A stretch of DNA of 64,000 nucleotides from Casimicrobiaceae bacterium (GCA_040006895.1 JBDTWB010000001.1:1802-65801); one strand, 5' to 3'. Shown: positions 9,510 through 19,249, counted from the stretch's first letter. Notes: generated by a model from the letters alone, not told the origin. Made by a program: numbers and translations.

Positions 9510-11651
9510 CTAGGTCCTGGCGCGATGCACCCGCCGTACGTCCTCGATGCGCTTCAGGCTGCGGATGACGCGGGCGAGGTGCTGGCGGTCGCGTACCTGG
9601 ACGGAAAAGAACATCGCCAGCACGCCGCCGCCGTCCGGCCGTTCCATCGAAACGTTGTCGATGTTGGCCTGAGCATCGGCGATGGCGGTCGCCAGGTCGG
9701 CCAGGAGGCCGCGACGATCGTTCACCATCAGGCGCACGCCTGCGTCGAACACGCCCTCGACGCCCGGCGACCATTCGACGTCGATGAGCTGGTCGGCGTC
9801 GGCGCGCTGCTTCTTGAGCAGCGCACAATCGCGTTGATGGACCAGCAGGCCCTGGCCCTTTCGGAACTGGCCGACCACCTTGTCGCCCGGAATCGGTCGG
9901 CAGCACTTGCCGTACTGGATGGCGACGCCCTCGACCCCACGTAGCGTCAACGCGCCATCCTTGAGCGGGACGGGCAGCGGCGTGCCGGCGGCCGACGGGT
10001 CGTCCGCCGGCCCGGTGCGGGTGAGCGCCTGGGCAACCACGAACGACAACCGCTTGCCGAGGCCGATGTCCGCCAGGATCTCGAGATGGCTCTTGGCGCC
10101 GTACTCGCGCGCCAGCGCTTCCCACCCCTCCCAGGTGATCGCTTCGGGCGATACCTTGAGCGTGGCGAGCGCCTGGTTGAGCAGCCGCTCGCCGAGGGCC
10201 GCCGACTCCTTGAGCTGCAAGCCCTTCAGGAAGTGGCGAATGCGCGAGCGTGCCTTGCCGCTGGCAACGAACGATAGCCACGATGGATTGGGGCGCGCGG
10301 TCGGTGCGGTGATGATCTCCACCTGGTCGCCGTTCTTGAGCTCGGTGCGCAGGGGCATCTGCTCGTAGTTGATGCGCGCGGCGACGCAGTGGTGGCCGAT
10401 GTCGGTGTGCACGCCGTAGGCAAAGTCGACGGCGGTGGCGCCGCGCGGCAGCGCCATGATCTTGCCCTTGGGCGTGAACACGTAGATCTCGTCGGGGAAG
10501 AGATCGCCCTTGATGTGCTCCAGGAATTCCTTGGAGTCGCGCGACTCGGACTGGATCTCGAGCAGGCTTTGCAACCAGCGATGGGTCTCGCGTTGCGCCT
10601 CGGCGATGTCGAGCTCACCGCCGGACTTGTACAGCCAATGCGCGGCCACGCCAGCCTCGGCGATGTGATGCATGTCGTGGGTACGGATCTGGGCCTCGAG
10701 CGGCGTTCCGTAGGGACCGAACAACGTCGTGTGCAGCGACTGGTAGCCGTTCGCCTTGGGTATGGCGATGTAGTCTTTGAACTTGCCGGGGATCGGCTTG
10801 TAGAGCGCATGCAGCACGCCGAGGGCGGCATAGCAGTCGTGGGCGTTCTGGACCAGCACCCGCACGCCATAGATGTCGAACACCTGCGCGAAGGTGTAGC
10901 GCTTCTCGCGCATCTTCTTGTAGACGGAGTAGACGGTCTTCTCGCGACCCGATACCGTCGCGACGACCTCGGCTCGCTGCAGGCCGTCGCGCATCACGTC
11001 GAGCAGCCGGTTCATCACCTCGCGCCGGTTGCCTCGCGCAGCCTTGATCGCGCTCGCAAGGATCCGGTAGCGCAGGGGATAGAGATGCTTGAACGCGAGG
11101 TCCTGCAGCTCGAGATAGAGCGCGTTCAAGCCAAGGCGATTCGCGATCGGGCCGTAGATGTCGACCGTTTCCTTGGCGATGCGCTTGCGGTGCGCCGGCG
11201 CCATGGCGTCGAGGGTGCGCATGTTGTGCAACCGGTCGGCGAGCTTGATGAGGATGACGCGTACGTCCTGCGCCATCGCCAGCAGCATTTTGCGGAAGTT
11301 CTCCGCCTGGGCTTCCTCGCGCGACGTGAACTCGATCTGGTCGAGCTTGGAAAGGCCGTCGACCATGTCGGCGACCGGCTTGCCGAACGAGCGCTCGATC
11401 TCGGTCTTCGAAACCTTGGTGTCCTCCATCACGTCGTGGAGGAGGGCGGCGGCGAGCCCCTGCGCATCCAGGCGCCATTGCGACAGGATGCTCGCGACTG
11501 CGAGGGGGTGGGTGATGTAGGGCTCGCCCGACTTGCGGAACTGGCCGCGGTGCGCCGATTCGGAGAACTCGAAGGCGCGTTCCACGAGGGCGACGTCGGG
11601 CGCCGCCAGGTAATGGCCGAGATGCCGGGTGAACTCCGCGATTTCAGCCAT
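9510..11651 (-). CDS. spoT: bifunctional (p)ppGpp synthetase/hydrolase
   Basis: HD hydrolase motif HRGQFRKSGEPYITHPLAVA...HDVMEDT, a RelA/SpoT synthetase core, and TGS and ACT-like C-terminal regions. 713 aa. Confidence 0.93.
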   Translation of the reverse strand: MAEIAEFTRHLGHYLAAPDVALVERAFEFSESAHRGQFRKSGEPYITHPLAVASILSQWRLDAQGLAAALLHDVMEDTKVSKTEIERSFGKPVADMVDGLSKLDQIEFTSREEAQAENFRKMLLAMAQDVRVILIKLADRLHNMRTLDAMAPAHRKRIAKETVDIYGPIANRLGLNALYLELQDLAFKHLYPLRYRILASAIKAARGNRREVMNRLLDVMRDGLQRAEVVATVSGREKTVYSVYKKMREKRYTFAQVFDIYGVRVLVQNAHDCYAALGVLHALYKPIPGKFKDYIAIPKANGYQSLHTTLFGPYGTPLEAQIRTHDMHHIAEAGVAAHWLYKSGGELDIAEAQRETHRWLQSLLEIQSESRDSKEFLEHIKGDLFPDEIYVFTPKGKIMALPRGATAVDFAYGVHTDIGHHCVAARINYEQMPLRTELKNGDQVEIITAPTARPNPSWLSFVASGKARSRIRHFLKGLQLKESAALGERLLNQALATLKVSPEAITWEGWEALAREYGAKSHLEILADIGLGKRLSFVVAQALTRTGPADDPSAAGTPLPVPLKDGALTLRGVEGVAIQYGKCCRPIPGDKVVGQFRKGQGLLVHQRDCALLKKQRADADQLIDVEWSPGVEGVFDAGVRLMVNDRRGLLADLATAIADAQANIDNVSMERPDGGGVLAMFFSVQVRDRQHLARVIRSLKRIEDVRRVHRART

Positions 11652-11709
11652 TCAGCGTGCTTACTCGAGAACGTCTGAACAAGTCGCGCTGCGGCTGTTC
11701 AGACTTGCG

Positions 11710-11916
11710 TCAACTTTGTCCTTTGAGCAACAACTCGATCCCGACTTTGCCGGAGGCGATCTCGCGCAGTGCAATCACCGTGGGCTTGTCGCGTTCGGTA
11801 TCGACAAGCGGGGTCGAGCCGGCGGAGATCTGTCGCGCGCGGTTGGTCGCGGCGAGGGTCAGTTCGAAGCGGTTGGGGATTCTTTCCAGGCAGTCGTCGA
11901 TGGTGATGCGAGCCAT
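11710..11916 (-). CDS. rpoZ: DNA-directed RNA polymerase omega subunit
   Basis: [30 protein letters not shown]... Start trimmed from the 11710-12072 ORF. Confidence 0.93.
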   Translation of the reverse strand: MARITIDDCLERIPNRFELTLAATNRARQISAGSTPLVDTERDKPTVIALREIASGKVGIELLLKGQS

Positions 11917-11935
11917 ATGGGTGACCTCGGTCGGT

Positions 11936-12610
11936 TTAGGGGGTGAGCAGCGACTGCAGGAGCGCGTCGTGGCGCCGGCGCTGCTGCGGGGTCCGCAATC
12001 GGCTTGCGCGCACGACTGCGGCAAGATCGTCGACGGCCTCAGCAAAGTCCTGATTAATAATAACATAGTCAAAGTTTCCGCAGTGCCGCATTTCTTCCCG
12101 GGCCGATTCGAGGCGACGGGCGATCACCTCGGGCGCGTCCTGGCCGCGCTTTTCCAGGCGCTCGCGCAGCAGCGAAAGAGACGGCGGCAGGATGAAGATG
12201 TGCACGGCGCCCGGGATGATCCGCCGCACCTGGGCCGCGCCCTGCCAGTCGATCTCGAGCAGCACGTCGTGGCCGGCGTCGACCTGCGCCTTGAGCCAGG
12301 TGGCCGACGTCGCGTACCAGTTGCCATGGACCCGCGCATGCTCGAGGAACTCGCCTGCCGCGCGCAGCGCTTCGAAGCGGGGCTCGTCGACGAAGTGATA
12401 ATGCACGCCATCGATCTCGCCGACGCGGGGCCGCCGCGTCGTGTACGACACCGACAGCCGGATCGTCGCTTCGCGTGCGAGCAGGGCGTTCACGAGCGAG
12501 GTCTTGCCGCCACCGGACGGCGCCGCGATGACGAAGAGGTTACCCATGGGCACGTCGAGATCGGCGGCAGGATCGTGAGGATCCGCCGGCGCGGCGAGCC
12601 TGTCACTCAA
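11936..12610 (-). CDS. gmk: guanylate kinase
   Basis: P-loop [27 protein letters not shown], and the conserved gmk-rpoZ-spoT order. An alternative ATG at 12547 would give a shorter N-terminus. Confidence 0.9.
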   Translation of the reverse strand: MSDRLAAPADPHDPAADLDVPMGNLFVIAAPSGGGKTSLVNALLAREATIRLSVSYTTRRPRVGEIDGVHYHFVDEPRFEALRAAGEFLEHARVHGNWYATSATWLKAQVDAGHDVLLEIDWQGAAQVRRIIPGAVHIFILPPSLSLLRERLEKRGQDAPEVIARRLESAREEMRHCGNFDYVIINQDFAEAVDDLAAVVRASRLRTPQQRRRHDALLQSLLTP

Positions 12611-13469
12611 GGTTCTGCACCTGCTCGCGCATCTGCTCGATCAGCACCTTGAGCTCGAGCGAGGCCTGCGACAACTCGGCGTCGACCGATTTCGAGCCGA
12701 GTGTATTGGCTTCGCGGTGCAACTCCTGCATCAGGAAATCGAGTCGCTTGCCGACCGCACCGCCGGCGACGAGCACGCGGCGCACCTCGAATACGTGGGT
12801 GGCGAGCCGGGCGAGCTCCTCGGCCACGTCGACCTTGGTCGCGAACACCGCGAGTTCCTGCTTGAGGCGATCGTCGTCCGGGTCCAGACCAGCCTCGCGC
12901 AGGCGCGCACCGAGCTTGTCGATGAACACGGCATGCACCGCCGGGATACGCGGGGCGACGCGAGCCACCTGCACCTCGATGGCGGCGCAGCGCTCGTCGA
13001 GCGTGGCGGCGAGCTTGGCGCCTTCGCGCGCCCTCGAAGCCTGCAGGTCGGCGAGCGCGCGGGCGACCAAGTCACGCACTTCGGCATTGAGCGCCTCCGG
13101 AGGGACGCTCGGCTCGGCGAGCACGCCGGGCCAGCGCAGGATCTCGGCAACGGACAGGGGTGCTGCGCCGGGCGCATGCCGACGTACGTCCTCGGCCGCC
13201 CGGGCGAGCTGGCCGACCCGCGCCCCGTCGATTGCGAGTTCGGCCGCGCCCGGGGCCGTGCGCACCAGTGCAATTCGGCATTCCACCTTGCCGCGCTTCA
13301 ATTCGGCACCCAGGCGTTCGCGCAGGGCAGGTTCGAGCGCGCGCAACTCGTCCGGCACGCGGATCGACAGGTCGAGGTACCGGTGATTTACCGATCGCAC
13401 CTCGACGGCGATGGTCACTCCTGGCAAATCCGCGGCAACGGCCGCAAAGCCGGTCATGCTGAGGATCAT
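12603..13469 (-). CDS. yicC: YicC-family stress-induced protein / endoribonuclease
   Basis: MILSMTGFA..., SVNHRYLD, and C-terminal EANTLGSKS...[12 protein letters not shown]. Confidence 0.9.
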   Translation of the reverse strand: MILSMTGFAAVAADLPGVTIAVEVRSVNHRYLDLSIRVPDELRALEPALRERLGAELKRGKVECRIALVRTAPGAAELAIDGARVGQLARAAEDVRRHAPGAAPLSVAEILRWPGVLAEPSVPPEALNAEVRDLVARALADLQASRAREGAKLAATLDERCAAIEVQVARVAPRIPAVHAVFIDKLGARLREAGLDPDDDRLKQELAVFATKVDVAEELARLATHVFEVRRVLVAGGAVGKRLDFLMQELHREANTLGSKSVDAELSQASLELKVLIEQMREQVQNLE

Positions 13470-13576
13470 CGGGTCTTTGACACAGGTTTATGCATGAGAT
13501 CCGGCTTTACTTTGCCCGGTTCGTTGCCGAGAATGTATGCGGTATCCTTTCCCGGCGCAAGCCGCTTGCGAGGCGC

Positions 13577-13591
13577 TGGCACGCGAATTGC
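13577..13591 (+). promoter_or_regulatory. near-consensus sigma-54 (-24/-12) promoter upstream of the kinase/phosphatase pair
   Basis: TGGCACGCGAATTGC equals TGGCACG-N4-TTGC exactly. It lies 48 nt upstream of the kinase ATG. Confidence 0.55.
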
Positions 13592-13638
13592 GGGCCGGAC
13601 TCAGGTTCATTGCTCGCCCGCCAACATAACAACGCCGC

Positions 13639-14577
13639 ATGGCCGCCTCCAACCAGGCCCTCGCTCCCGCGTACCAGCTGCTCAACTATCGGATCGATCG
13701 ACAGATCAGCCGGGGCGGCTTTTCGATCGTCTACCGGGCGTTCGACGAGACCGGCGCACCCGTCGCTATCAAGGAATATCTGCCTGCCTCACTGGTGCTT
13801 CGCACCGAAGGCGACATCGTGCGGGCGAGTTCGGTGGAGAACCTCACGTCGTTCCGGTACGGCATGAAATGCTTTTTCGAGGAAGGGCGGGCCCTCGCCA
13901 AGATCAACCACCCGAACGTCGTGCGCGTGCTCAACTTCTTCCGGGCCAACGAGACGGTTTACATGGTGATGCGCTACGAGCGCGGGCGCACCCTGCAGCA
14001 GCAGATCCAGATGCGCCAGGACCAGATGTCCGAGCGGCTGGTCCGGCACGTGTTCATGCATCTGATGAACGGCCTGCGCGAGGTGCATACCCACAAGCTG
14101 CTGCACCTCGACATCAAGCCCGCCAACATCTACCTGCGCACCGACGGATCGCCGGTGTTGCTCGACTTCGGCGCCGCGCGCCAGACCCTCACGACCAATC
14201 GTCCCAAGCTCGCGCCGATGTACACCCCTGGCTTCGCGGCTCCGGAGCAGTATCGCGAGCCCGATCGCCTCGGACCGTGGACCGACGTCTACGGGGTGGG
14301 GGCGTCGATGTTCGCGTGCCTCGCCGCGTTCGCACCGCAAGCCGCCGATGCCCGGCTGCAGGAAGACCACCTGGTGCCGGCGAAGAAGATCTGGTCGGGG
14401 CAGTACAGCGACAACGTGCTCGAGGTGATCGACTGGTGCCTCCGGCTCGACCCGCTGGAGCGTCCGCAGAGCATCTTCGCTTTGCAGAAGGCGATACGCG
14501 ACATACCGCCGCGCAAGCGCAAGCTCACCTTCCTCGGCGCGCTGAAGCGCCGGCTCTTTTCCGAGATCGGGGCCTGA
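13639..14577 (+). CDS. Hanks-type serine/threonine protein kinase, kinase domain only (312 aa)
   Basis: GGFSIVY glycine loop, VAIKEY Lys, HLDIKPANIY catalytic loop (non-RD), DFGAAR, and GFAAPEQ. Confidence 0.88.
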   Translation: MAASNQALAPAYQLLNYRIDRQISRGGFSIVYRAFDETGAPVAIKEYLPASLVLRTEGDIVRASSVENLTSFRYGMKCFFEEGRALAKINHPNVVRVLNFFRANETVYMVMRYERGRTLQQQIQMRQDQMSERLVRHVFMHLMNGLREVHTHKLLHLDIKPANIYLRTDGSPVLLDFGAARQTLTTNRPKLAPMYTPGFAAPEQYREPDRLGPWTDVYGVGASMFACLAAFAPQAADARLQEDHLVPAKKIWSGQYSDNVLEVIDWCLRLDPLERPQSIFALQKAIRDIPPRKRKLTFLGALKRRLFSEIGA

Positions 14578-14613
14578 GGTCGCGCGCAGCGGATTGCGCG
14601 GCGACGGATCAGC

Positions 14614-15531
14614 ATGCGATTCACCATTTTCCAGGACAGCCGCAAGGGCTCGCGTCGGATCAACCAGGACCGCATCGCCTACACGTTCAGCCGTGACACG
14701 CTCCTGCTGGTGGTGGCCGACGGGATGGGCGGCCACGCGGGAGGGGAGATCGCGGCGCAGATCTGCACCCGGCTGTACGTCGAGCGCTTCCAGCAGGAGG
14801 CCAAGCCCGTCCTCAAGAACCCGTTCAAGTTCCTGCGGGACACCATGCTGCGGGCACACGAGGCACTGGGTTCGTACGCCAACCAGTTTTCGCTGCTCGA
14901 GACGCCACGCACCACTTGCGTGGCCTGCATCGTCCAGGCCAACAACGCCTATTGGGCGCACGCGGGCGATTCGCGGCTCTACCTCTACCGCCAGGGCGCG
15001 CTCCTGGCGCAGACCAAGGATCACTCCAAGGTGCAGTATCTGGTCGACCAGGGGATCATCGCCGCCGAAGAAGCGATCGTCCATCCCGATCGCAACAAGG
15101 TGTTCAGCTGCCTGGGCGGCATGGCCGAGCCGGTGATCGACCTCTCCAAGCGCACGCCTCTGCGCAACGGTGACGTGCTGGTGCTGTGCACCGACGGGGT
15201 CTGGAGCGTCCTGGGCAAGGATGACCTGGCCGGCGCGTTCACCTCGACCCCCATCCTGCAGAGCGGGCCGCAGCTCATGCGCGACGCGGAGCAACGCGGC
15301 GGCCCCGACGGCGACAATCTTTCCTCCATCGTCGTGCGTTGGGGGCCCGAAACCGGCGCCGACGGGCCTTCGACGGTCACCGAAGCCATGGCGCTGGGCG
15401 AGTTCCAGACCCAGCTCGATCGCACCCTGACCCTCGGTGACCGAAAGGGCGTGGAGCGCGATCTTTCGGACGACGAGATCGAGCGAGCGATCGAGGAGAT
15501 CCAGTCCACGATCCAGCGCTATCGCAAGTAG
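14614..15531 (+). CDS. PP2C-family Ser/Thr protein phosphatase
   Basis: VVADGMGGHAGGEIAA, LCTDGVWSVL, and GGPDGDNLSSIVV metal-binding motifs. Confidence 0.88.
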   Translation: MRFTIFQDSRKGSRRINQDRIAYTFSRDTLLLVVADGMGGHAGGEIAAQICTRLYVERFQQEAKPVLKNPFKFLRDTMLRAHEALGSYANQFSLLETPRTTCVACIVQANNAYWAHAGDSRLYLYRQGALLAQTKDHSKVQYLVDQGIIAAEEAIVHPDRNKVFSCLGGMAEPVIDLSKRTPLRNGDVLVLCTDGVWSVLGKDDLAGAFTSTPILQSGPQLMRDAEQRGGPDGDNLSSIVVRWGPETGADGPSTVTEAMALGEFQTQLDRTLTLGDRKGVERDLSDDEIERAIEEIQSTIQRYRK

Positions 15532-15826
15532 CGCCGTGATGGCCTCGGCGACGAGGTCGCTGACGGGGACCAGCGGCCCCGCGCACCGGCGATGACCGTT
15601 GCCCTTCACCCGACCACACGTACGCAGCGGTGCGCATTGTGCGGGTGCGATGGTGCACATCCCTGTGGACAGGGTGTGCACGGCCATGTATGGCGTGTGA
15701 GTGTCTCCAGGACGCGGGCATGAACGCCACAGCACCGCGACTCGCGCCCATCGCTGGCGCCGGATGCTTCCATTGCCGGCGTGCGCGCGCGTAGAATCGA
15801 GCCACGTCCCGCAGAAGCGACCGCAC

Positions 15827-16600
15827 ATGCGTCAGATCATCCTCGACACCGAAACTACCGGCCTCTATCCCGAGCAGGGACACAAGATCATCGAGATCGC
15901 GGCAGTCGAGGTGGTGAATCGCCGGCCGACGGGGCGGACACTGCACTTCTACCTCGATCCGGAACGCGAGATCGATGCGGGCGCGACCGAGGTGCACGGC
16001 ATGACGTGGGAAGATCTCAAGGGTCGCCCGCGGTTTCGCGATGTCGTGCCGGAATTCCTCGATTTCGCGCGCGGCGCGGAATGGATCATCCACAACGCGC
16101 CTTTCGACGTCGCGTTCCTGGATCGCGAGCTGGCCGTGGCCGGATTCCCCTGCTGTGCGCAGGCCTTCGGGAGAGTCGTCGACACCTTGGCGCTGGCGCG
16201 CGACCAGTTTCCGGGCAAGCGCAACAACCTGAATGCGCTCTGCGAGCGGTTCGGCGTGGACAACGCCCACCGTGCGTTGCACGGAGCGCTGCTCGACGCC
16301 CAACTCCTGTCGGAGGTCTATCTCGCGATGACCCGCGGCCAGGAGACGCTCACCATCGATATGGCGAGCGCCTCGCCGCTGGCGGCACTCGCCGCGGGAG
16401 CCAACGCCGCATCGACGCTGCGGCTCGCGCTGTCGATCGTCGCGCCCAGCGAGGAAGAGCTTGCTGCGCACCGCGCTTACCTCGCCGACCTCGAGCGGGA
16501 ATCGAAGGGCCGCTGTGTCTGGCTCAAGCTCGAGGCGGAGCCGTCCCCGGAACTGCCGGCTGCGTTCGACCGGTCCCGCGAGGTTGCCGCCGCGGCTTGA
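15827..16600 (+). CDS. dnaQ: DNA polymerase III epsilon subunit (3'-5' proofreading exonuclease)
   Basis: MRQIILDTETTGL (ExoI), IIHNAPFDVAFL (ExoII), and HGALLDAQLLSEVY (ExoIII). Start trimmed from 15701. Confidence 0.9.
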   Translation: MRQIILDTETTGLYPEQGHKIIEIAAVEVVNRRPTGRTLHFYLDPEREIDAGATEVHGMTWEDLKGRPRFRDVVPEFLDFARGAEWIIHNAPFDVAFLDRELAVAGFPCCAQAFGRVVDTLALARDQFPGKRNNLNALCERFGVDNAHRALHGALLDAQLLSEVYLAMTRGQETLTIDMASASPLAALAAGANAASTLRLALSIVAPSEEELAAHRAYLADLERESKGRCVWLKLEAEPSPELPAAFDRSREVAAAA

Positions 16601-16650
16601 GTCGCCGCGAGGCGAAGACCGGCTGGATCCCGCTTCGGTGACCGCGTGTG

Positions 16651-17448
16651 CTAGGTCCGGTCCGCGGGAGACGCCCGCCGACCCCTGCGCAGGCCGAGGG
16701 CCGCGAGGCCAAGTCCCAGCAGGGCCAGGGAGCCCGGCTCGGGAACGGTGACCGACGACGTCCTCTGGAATCCCGTGATCTGGTCCTGCTTGCTGTCGTT
16801 CTCGAGCCGCACGACATATTGCGCGCCCAGGCTGCCGGTCGTGGCCATCGCCGTGTGGAACAGACCGAGGGCGTCCGACGTCGGCTGATCGAGGCCGGAG
16901 GCCGTGAAATTGCCAAGCGTCAGATCCCACGCGGTGTCGTAACGCGTCTCCCAGATGCCGATCTGGATGGCCGCGGCGACGTTGACGGCCGGAATGTTGT
17001 ACGGGGTTGTCGTGTAGGCGCTGATCGGATTCAACCAGGCGAACGGCGTGGCGCCGCCGAGTACGGAATTGACCGCGCCCAGGAAGTCGAGGGTCGCTGC
17101 CGTCACGCCCGCATTGTTGAGGGTGTAGGTGACTGTGCTGCCGCCCGTGAAGTACTGCGTCAGCTCGTAGCAGTAGGTGTAAATGCTGCCGTTGATGCCG
17201 TCCACCAGGTCGGCGAGGGCCACGCCGTTGGGGTTGGTCGCGATGCCGTGGTAGCGGTCGGGATACACGGTTCCATTGTTGTCCACGGATGACACCGGAT
17301 CGTGCGCATGGAACGTGATCTGGTCGGTGGGGTTCTGCGGATTGAAGGGATTGGAATCCCAGTGCAGGTCGATGGTGGCGGCGGAGGCTGTTCCAAACGC
17401 GAGACTCAGCGCAATCAGGATGGGCGGGACGGTTTTGCTCACTTGCAT
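16651..17448 (-). CDS. secreted PEP-CTERM sorting-domain protein (265 aa)
   Basis: Sec signal MQVSKTVPPILIALSLAFGTASA. C-terminal VPEPGSLALLGLGLAALGLRRGRR gives PEP motif, TM helix and basic cluster. GGAGA lies before the ATG. Confidence 0.85.
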   Translation of the reverse strand: MQVSKTVPPILIALSLAFGTASAATIDLHWDSNPFNPQNPTDQITFHAHDPVSSVDNNGTVYPDRYHGIATNPNGVALADLVDGINGSIYTYCYELTQYFTGGSTVTYTLNNAGVTAATLDFLGAVNSVLGGATPFAWLNPISAYTTTPYNIPAVNVAAAIQIGIWETRYDTAWDLTLGNFTASGLDQPTSDALGLFHTAMATTGSLGAQYVVRLENDSKQDQITGFQRTSSVTVPEPGSLALLGLGLAALGLRRGRRASPADRT

Positions 17449-17479
17449 TCTCCAGGGACGGGTGTCGGGTCACCCAGAA

Positions 17480-17495
17480 AGCAATGCTTATGCCG
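17480..17495 (-). promoter_or_regulatory. sigma-54 (-24/-12) type promoter for the PEP-CTERM gene
   Basis: The minus strand reads CGGCATAAGCATTGCT, with GG-N10-GC spacing and TTGCT at -12. It ends 32 nt upstream of the ATG at 17448. Confidence 0.55.
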
Positions 17496-17734
17496 TTTCA
17501 TAAGCTACTGTTTAAAATGACGATTAATGAGTCACCTTGGGTGAAGTGTAAGCGACATCGACATTGAACGCCGTGTGTCGTACAAGGCGACATCGGTGTA
17601 CCTGGCGCGAGCCGGTGGCGAGAGCTGCCGACGTAGAATGGCGTGGCCCCGCGCCGATGACTGCAAGGCCGCGCTAAGCGGGGTGCGGCGCGGGCGCACC
17701 CCGAGACGCCCTTGATCCAACGTTCCCATACCGG

Positions 17735-19249
17735 ATGCCCACTGACTACCTCCAGAAGATCCTGACCGCGAGGGTCTACGATGTTGCGATCGAGTCTCCG
17801 CTCGAGCTCGCGCCCGTTCTTTCGCGCCGGCTCGGCAATCGCGTGCTACTGAAGCGCGAGGACCAGCAAGTCGTCTTCTCGTTCAAGCTACGCGGCGCCT
17901 ACAACAAGATGGCGAACCTCGCGCCGGCCGAGCGTGACCGCGGGGTGATCTGCGCGTCGGCCGGCAATCACGCGCAGGGCGTGGCGCTCGCTGCGCAGAA
18001 GCTAGCCTGCAAGGCGATCATCGTCATGCCGGTCACGACCCCCCACATCAAGATCGCGGCGGTCGAGGCACGGGGTGCGCAGGTCGTGCTGCACGGCGAT
18101 TCGTACAGCGATGCCTATGCACACGCGCTCGATCTGCAGCGCGAGACCGGCGCGACCTTCGTGCATCCCTACGACGACCCGGATGTCATCGCCGGCCAGG
18201 GCACGATCGGGATGGAGATCCTGCGGCAATGCCAGGGGCCACTGGATGCCATCTTCGTCGCGGTCGGCGGCGGCGGATTGATCGCCGGCATCGCCGCTTA
18301 TGTGAAGCGCGTCCGGCCGGAGGTTCGTATCATCGGCGTGGAACCCGAGGACTCGGACGCGATGACCCGTTCGCTGGCAGCGGGCGCGCGCATCACGCTT
18401 TCCCATGTCGGCTTGTTCGCCGATGGCGTCGCGGTGAAGCAGGTCGGCGAGGAGACGTTTCGCCTGGCGCGGGAGTACGTCGACGAAATGATCACCGTCG
18501 ACACCGACGCGACCTGCGCCGCGCTCAAGGACGTCTTCGAGGACACGCGCTCCGTCCTCGAGCCTGCCGGCGCGCTCTCGGTGGCCGGGCTCAAGGCCTG
18601 GTGCACACGCGAGCAGGTCACCGATCGCACGCTCGTGGCCATCGCCTGCGGTGCCAACATGAATTTCGACCGTTTGCGCTTCGTGGCTGAGCGCGCCGAG
18701 CTGGGCGAGCAGCGCGAGGCGATCCTGGCCGTGACCATCCCGGAGCGGCCGGGGAGCTTCCGTGCGTTTTGCGAACTCCTCGGCAAGCGCTCCATCACCG
18801 AGTTCAACTATCGCTACGGTGATCCGCACACCGCGCACATCTTCGTCGGCATCGAGGTCGCCAACCGGCGCGAGACCGAGGACCTGCTCGGCGAGCTCGC
18901 CAAGCGGCGGATCGAGGCTTATGACCTCACCGACAACGAGATGGCCAAGCTCCACGTGCGCCACCTCGTCGGTGGGCATGCGCCCACGGCGGAGCACGAG
19001 ATCGTGTACCGCTTCGAGTTTCCGGAACGCCCAGGCGCGCTGATGGGTTTCCTCGAGGCCATGAGCGGGAACTGGAACATCAGCCTGTTCCACTATCGCA
19101 ACCACGGCGCCGACTACGGTCGGGTGCTCGTGGGTATGCAGGTCCCTCCCGCGGATAAGGCCGAATTTCAGGCCTTTCTCGACCGATTGGGCTACGACTG
19201 CATCGACGAAACTGCAAATCCTGCCTACCGCCTCTTTCTGGGAAGCTGA
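17735..19249 (+). CDS. ilvA: biosynthetic threonine dehydratase
   Basis: PLP Lys motif FSFKLRGAYN, GAGGGGLIAG-type loop, and two C-terminal ACT-like regulatory repeats. 504 aa. Confidence 0.93.
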   Translation: MPTDYLQKILTARVYDVAIESPLELAPVLSRRLGNRVLLKREDQQVVFSFKLRGAYNKMANLAPAERDRGVICASAGNHAQGVALAAQKLACKAIIVMPVTTPHIKIAAVEARGAQVVLHGDSYSDAYAHALDLQRETGATFVHPYDDPDVIAGQGTIGMEILRQCQGPLDAIFVAVGGGGLIAGIAAYVKRVRPEVRIIGVEPEDSDAMTRSLAAGARITLSHVGLFADGVAVKQVGEETFRLAREYVDEMITVDTDATCAALKDVFEDTRSVLEPAGALSVAGLKAWCTREQVTDRTLVAIACGANMNFDRLRFVAERAELGEQREAILAVTIPERPGSFRAFCELLGKRSITEFNYRYGDPHTAHIFVGIEVANRRETEDLLGELAKRRIEAYDLTDNEMAKLHVRHLVGGHAPTAEHEIVYRFEFPERPGALMGFLEAMSGNWNISLFHYRNHGADYGRVLVGMQVPPADKAEFQAFLDRLGYDCIDETANPAYRLFLGS

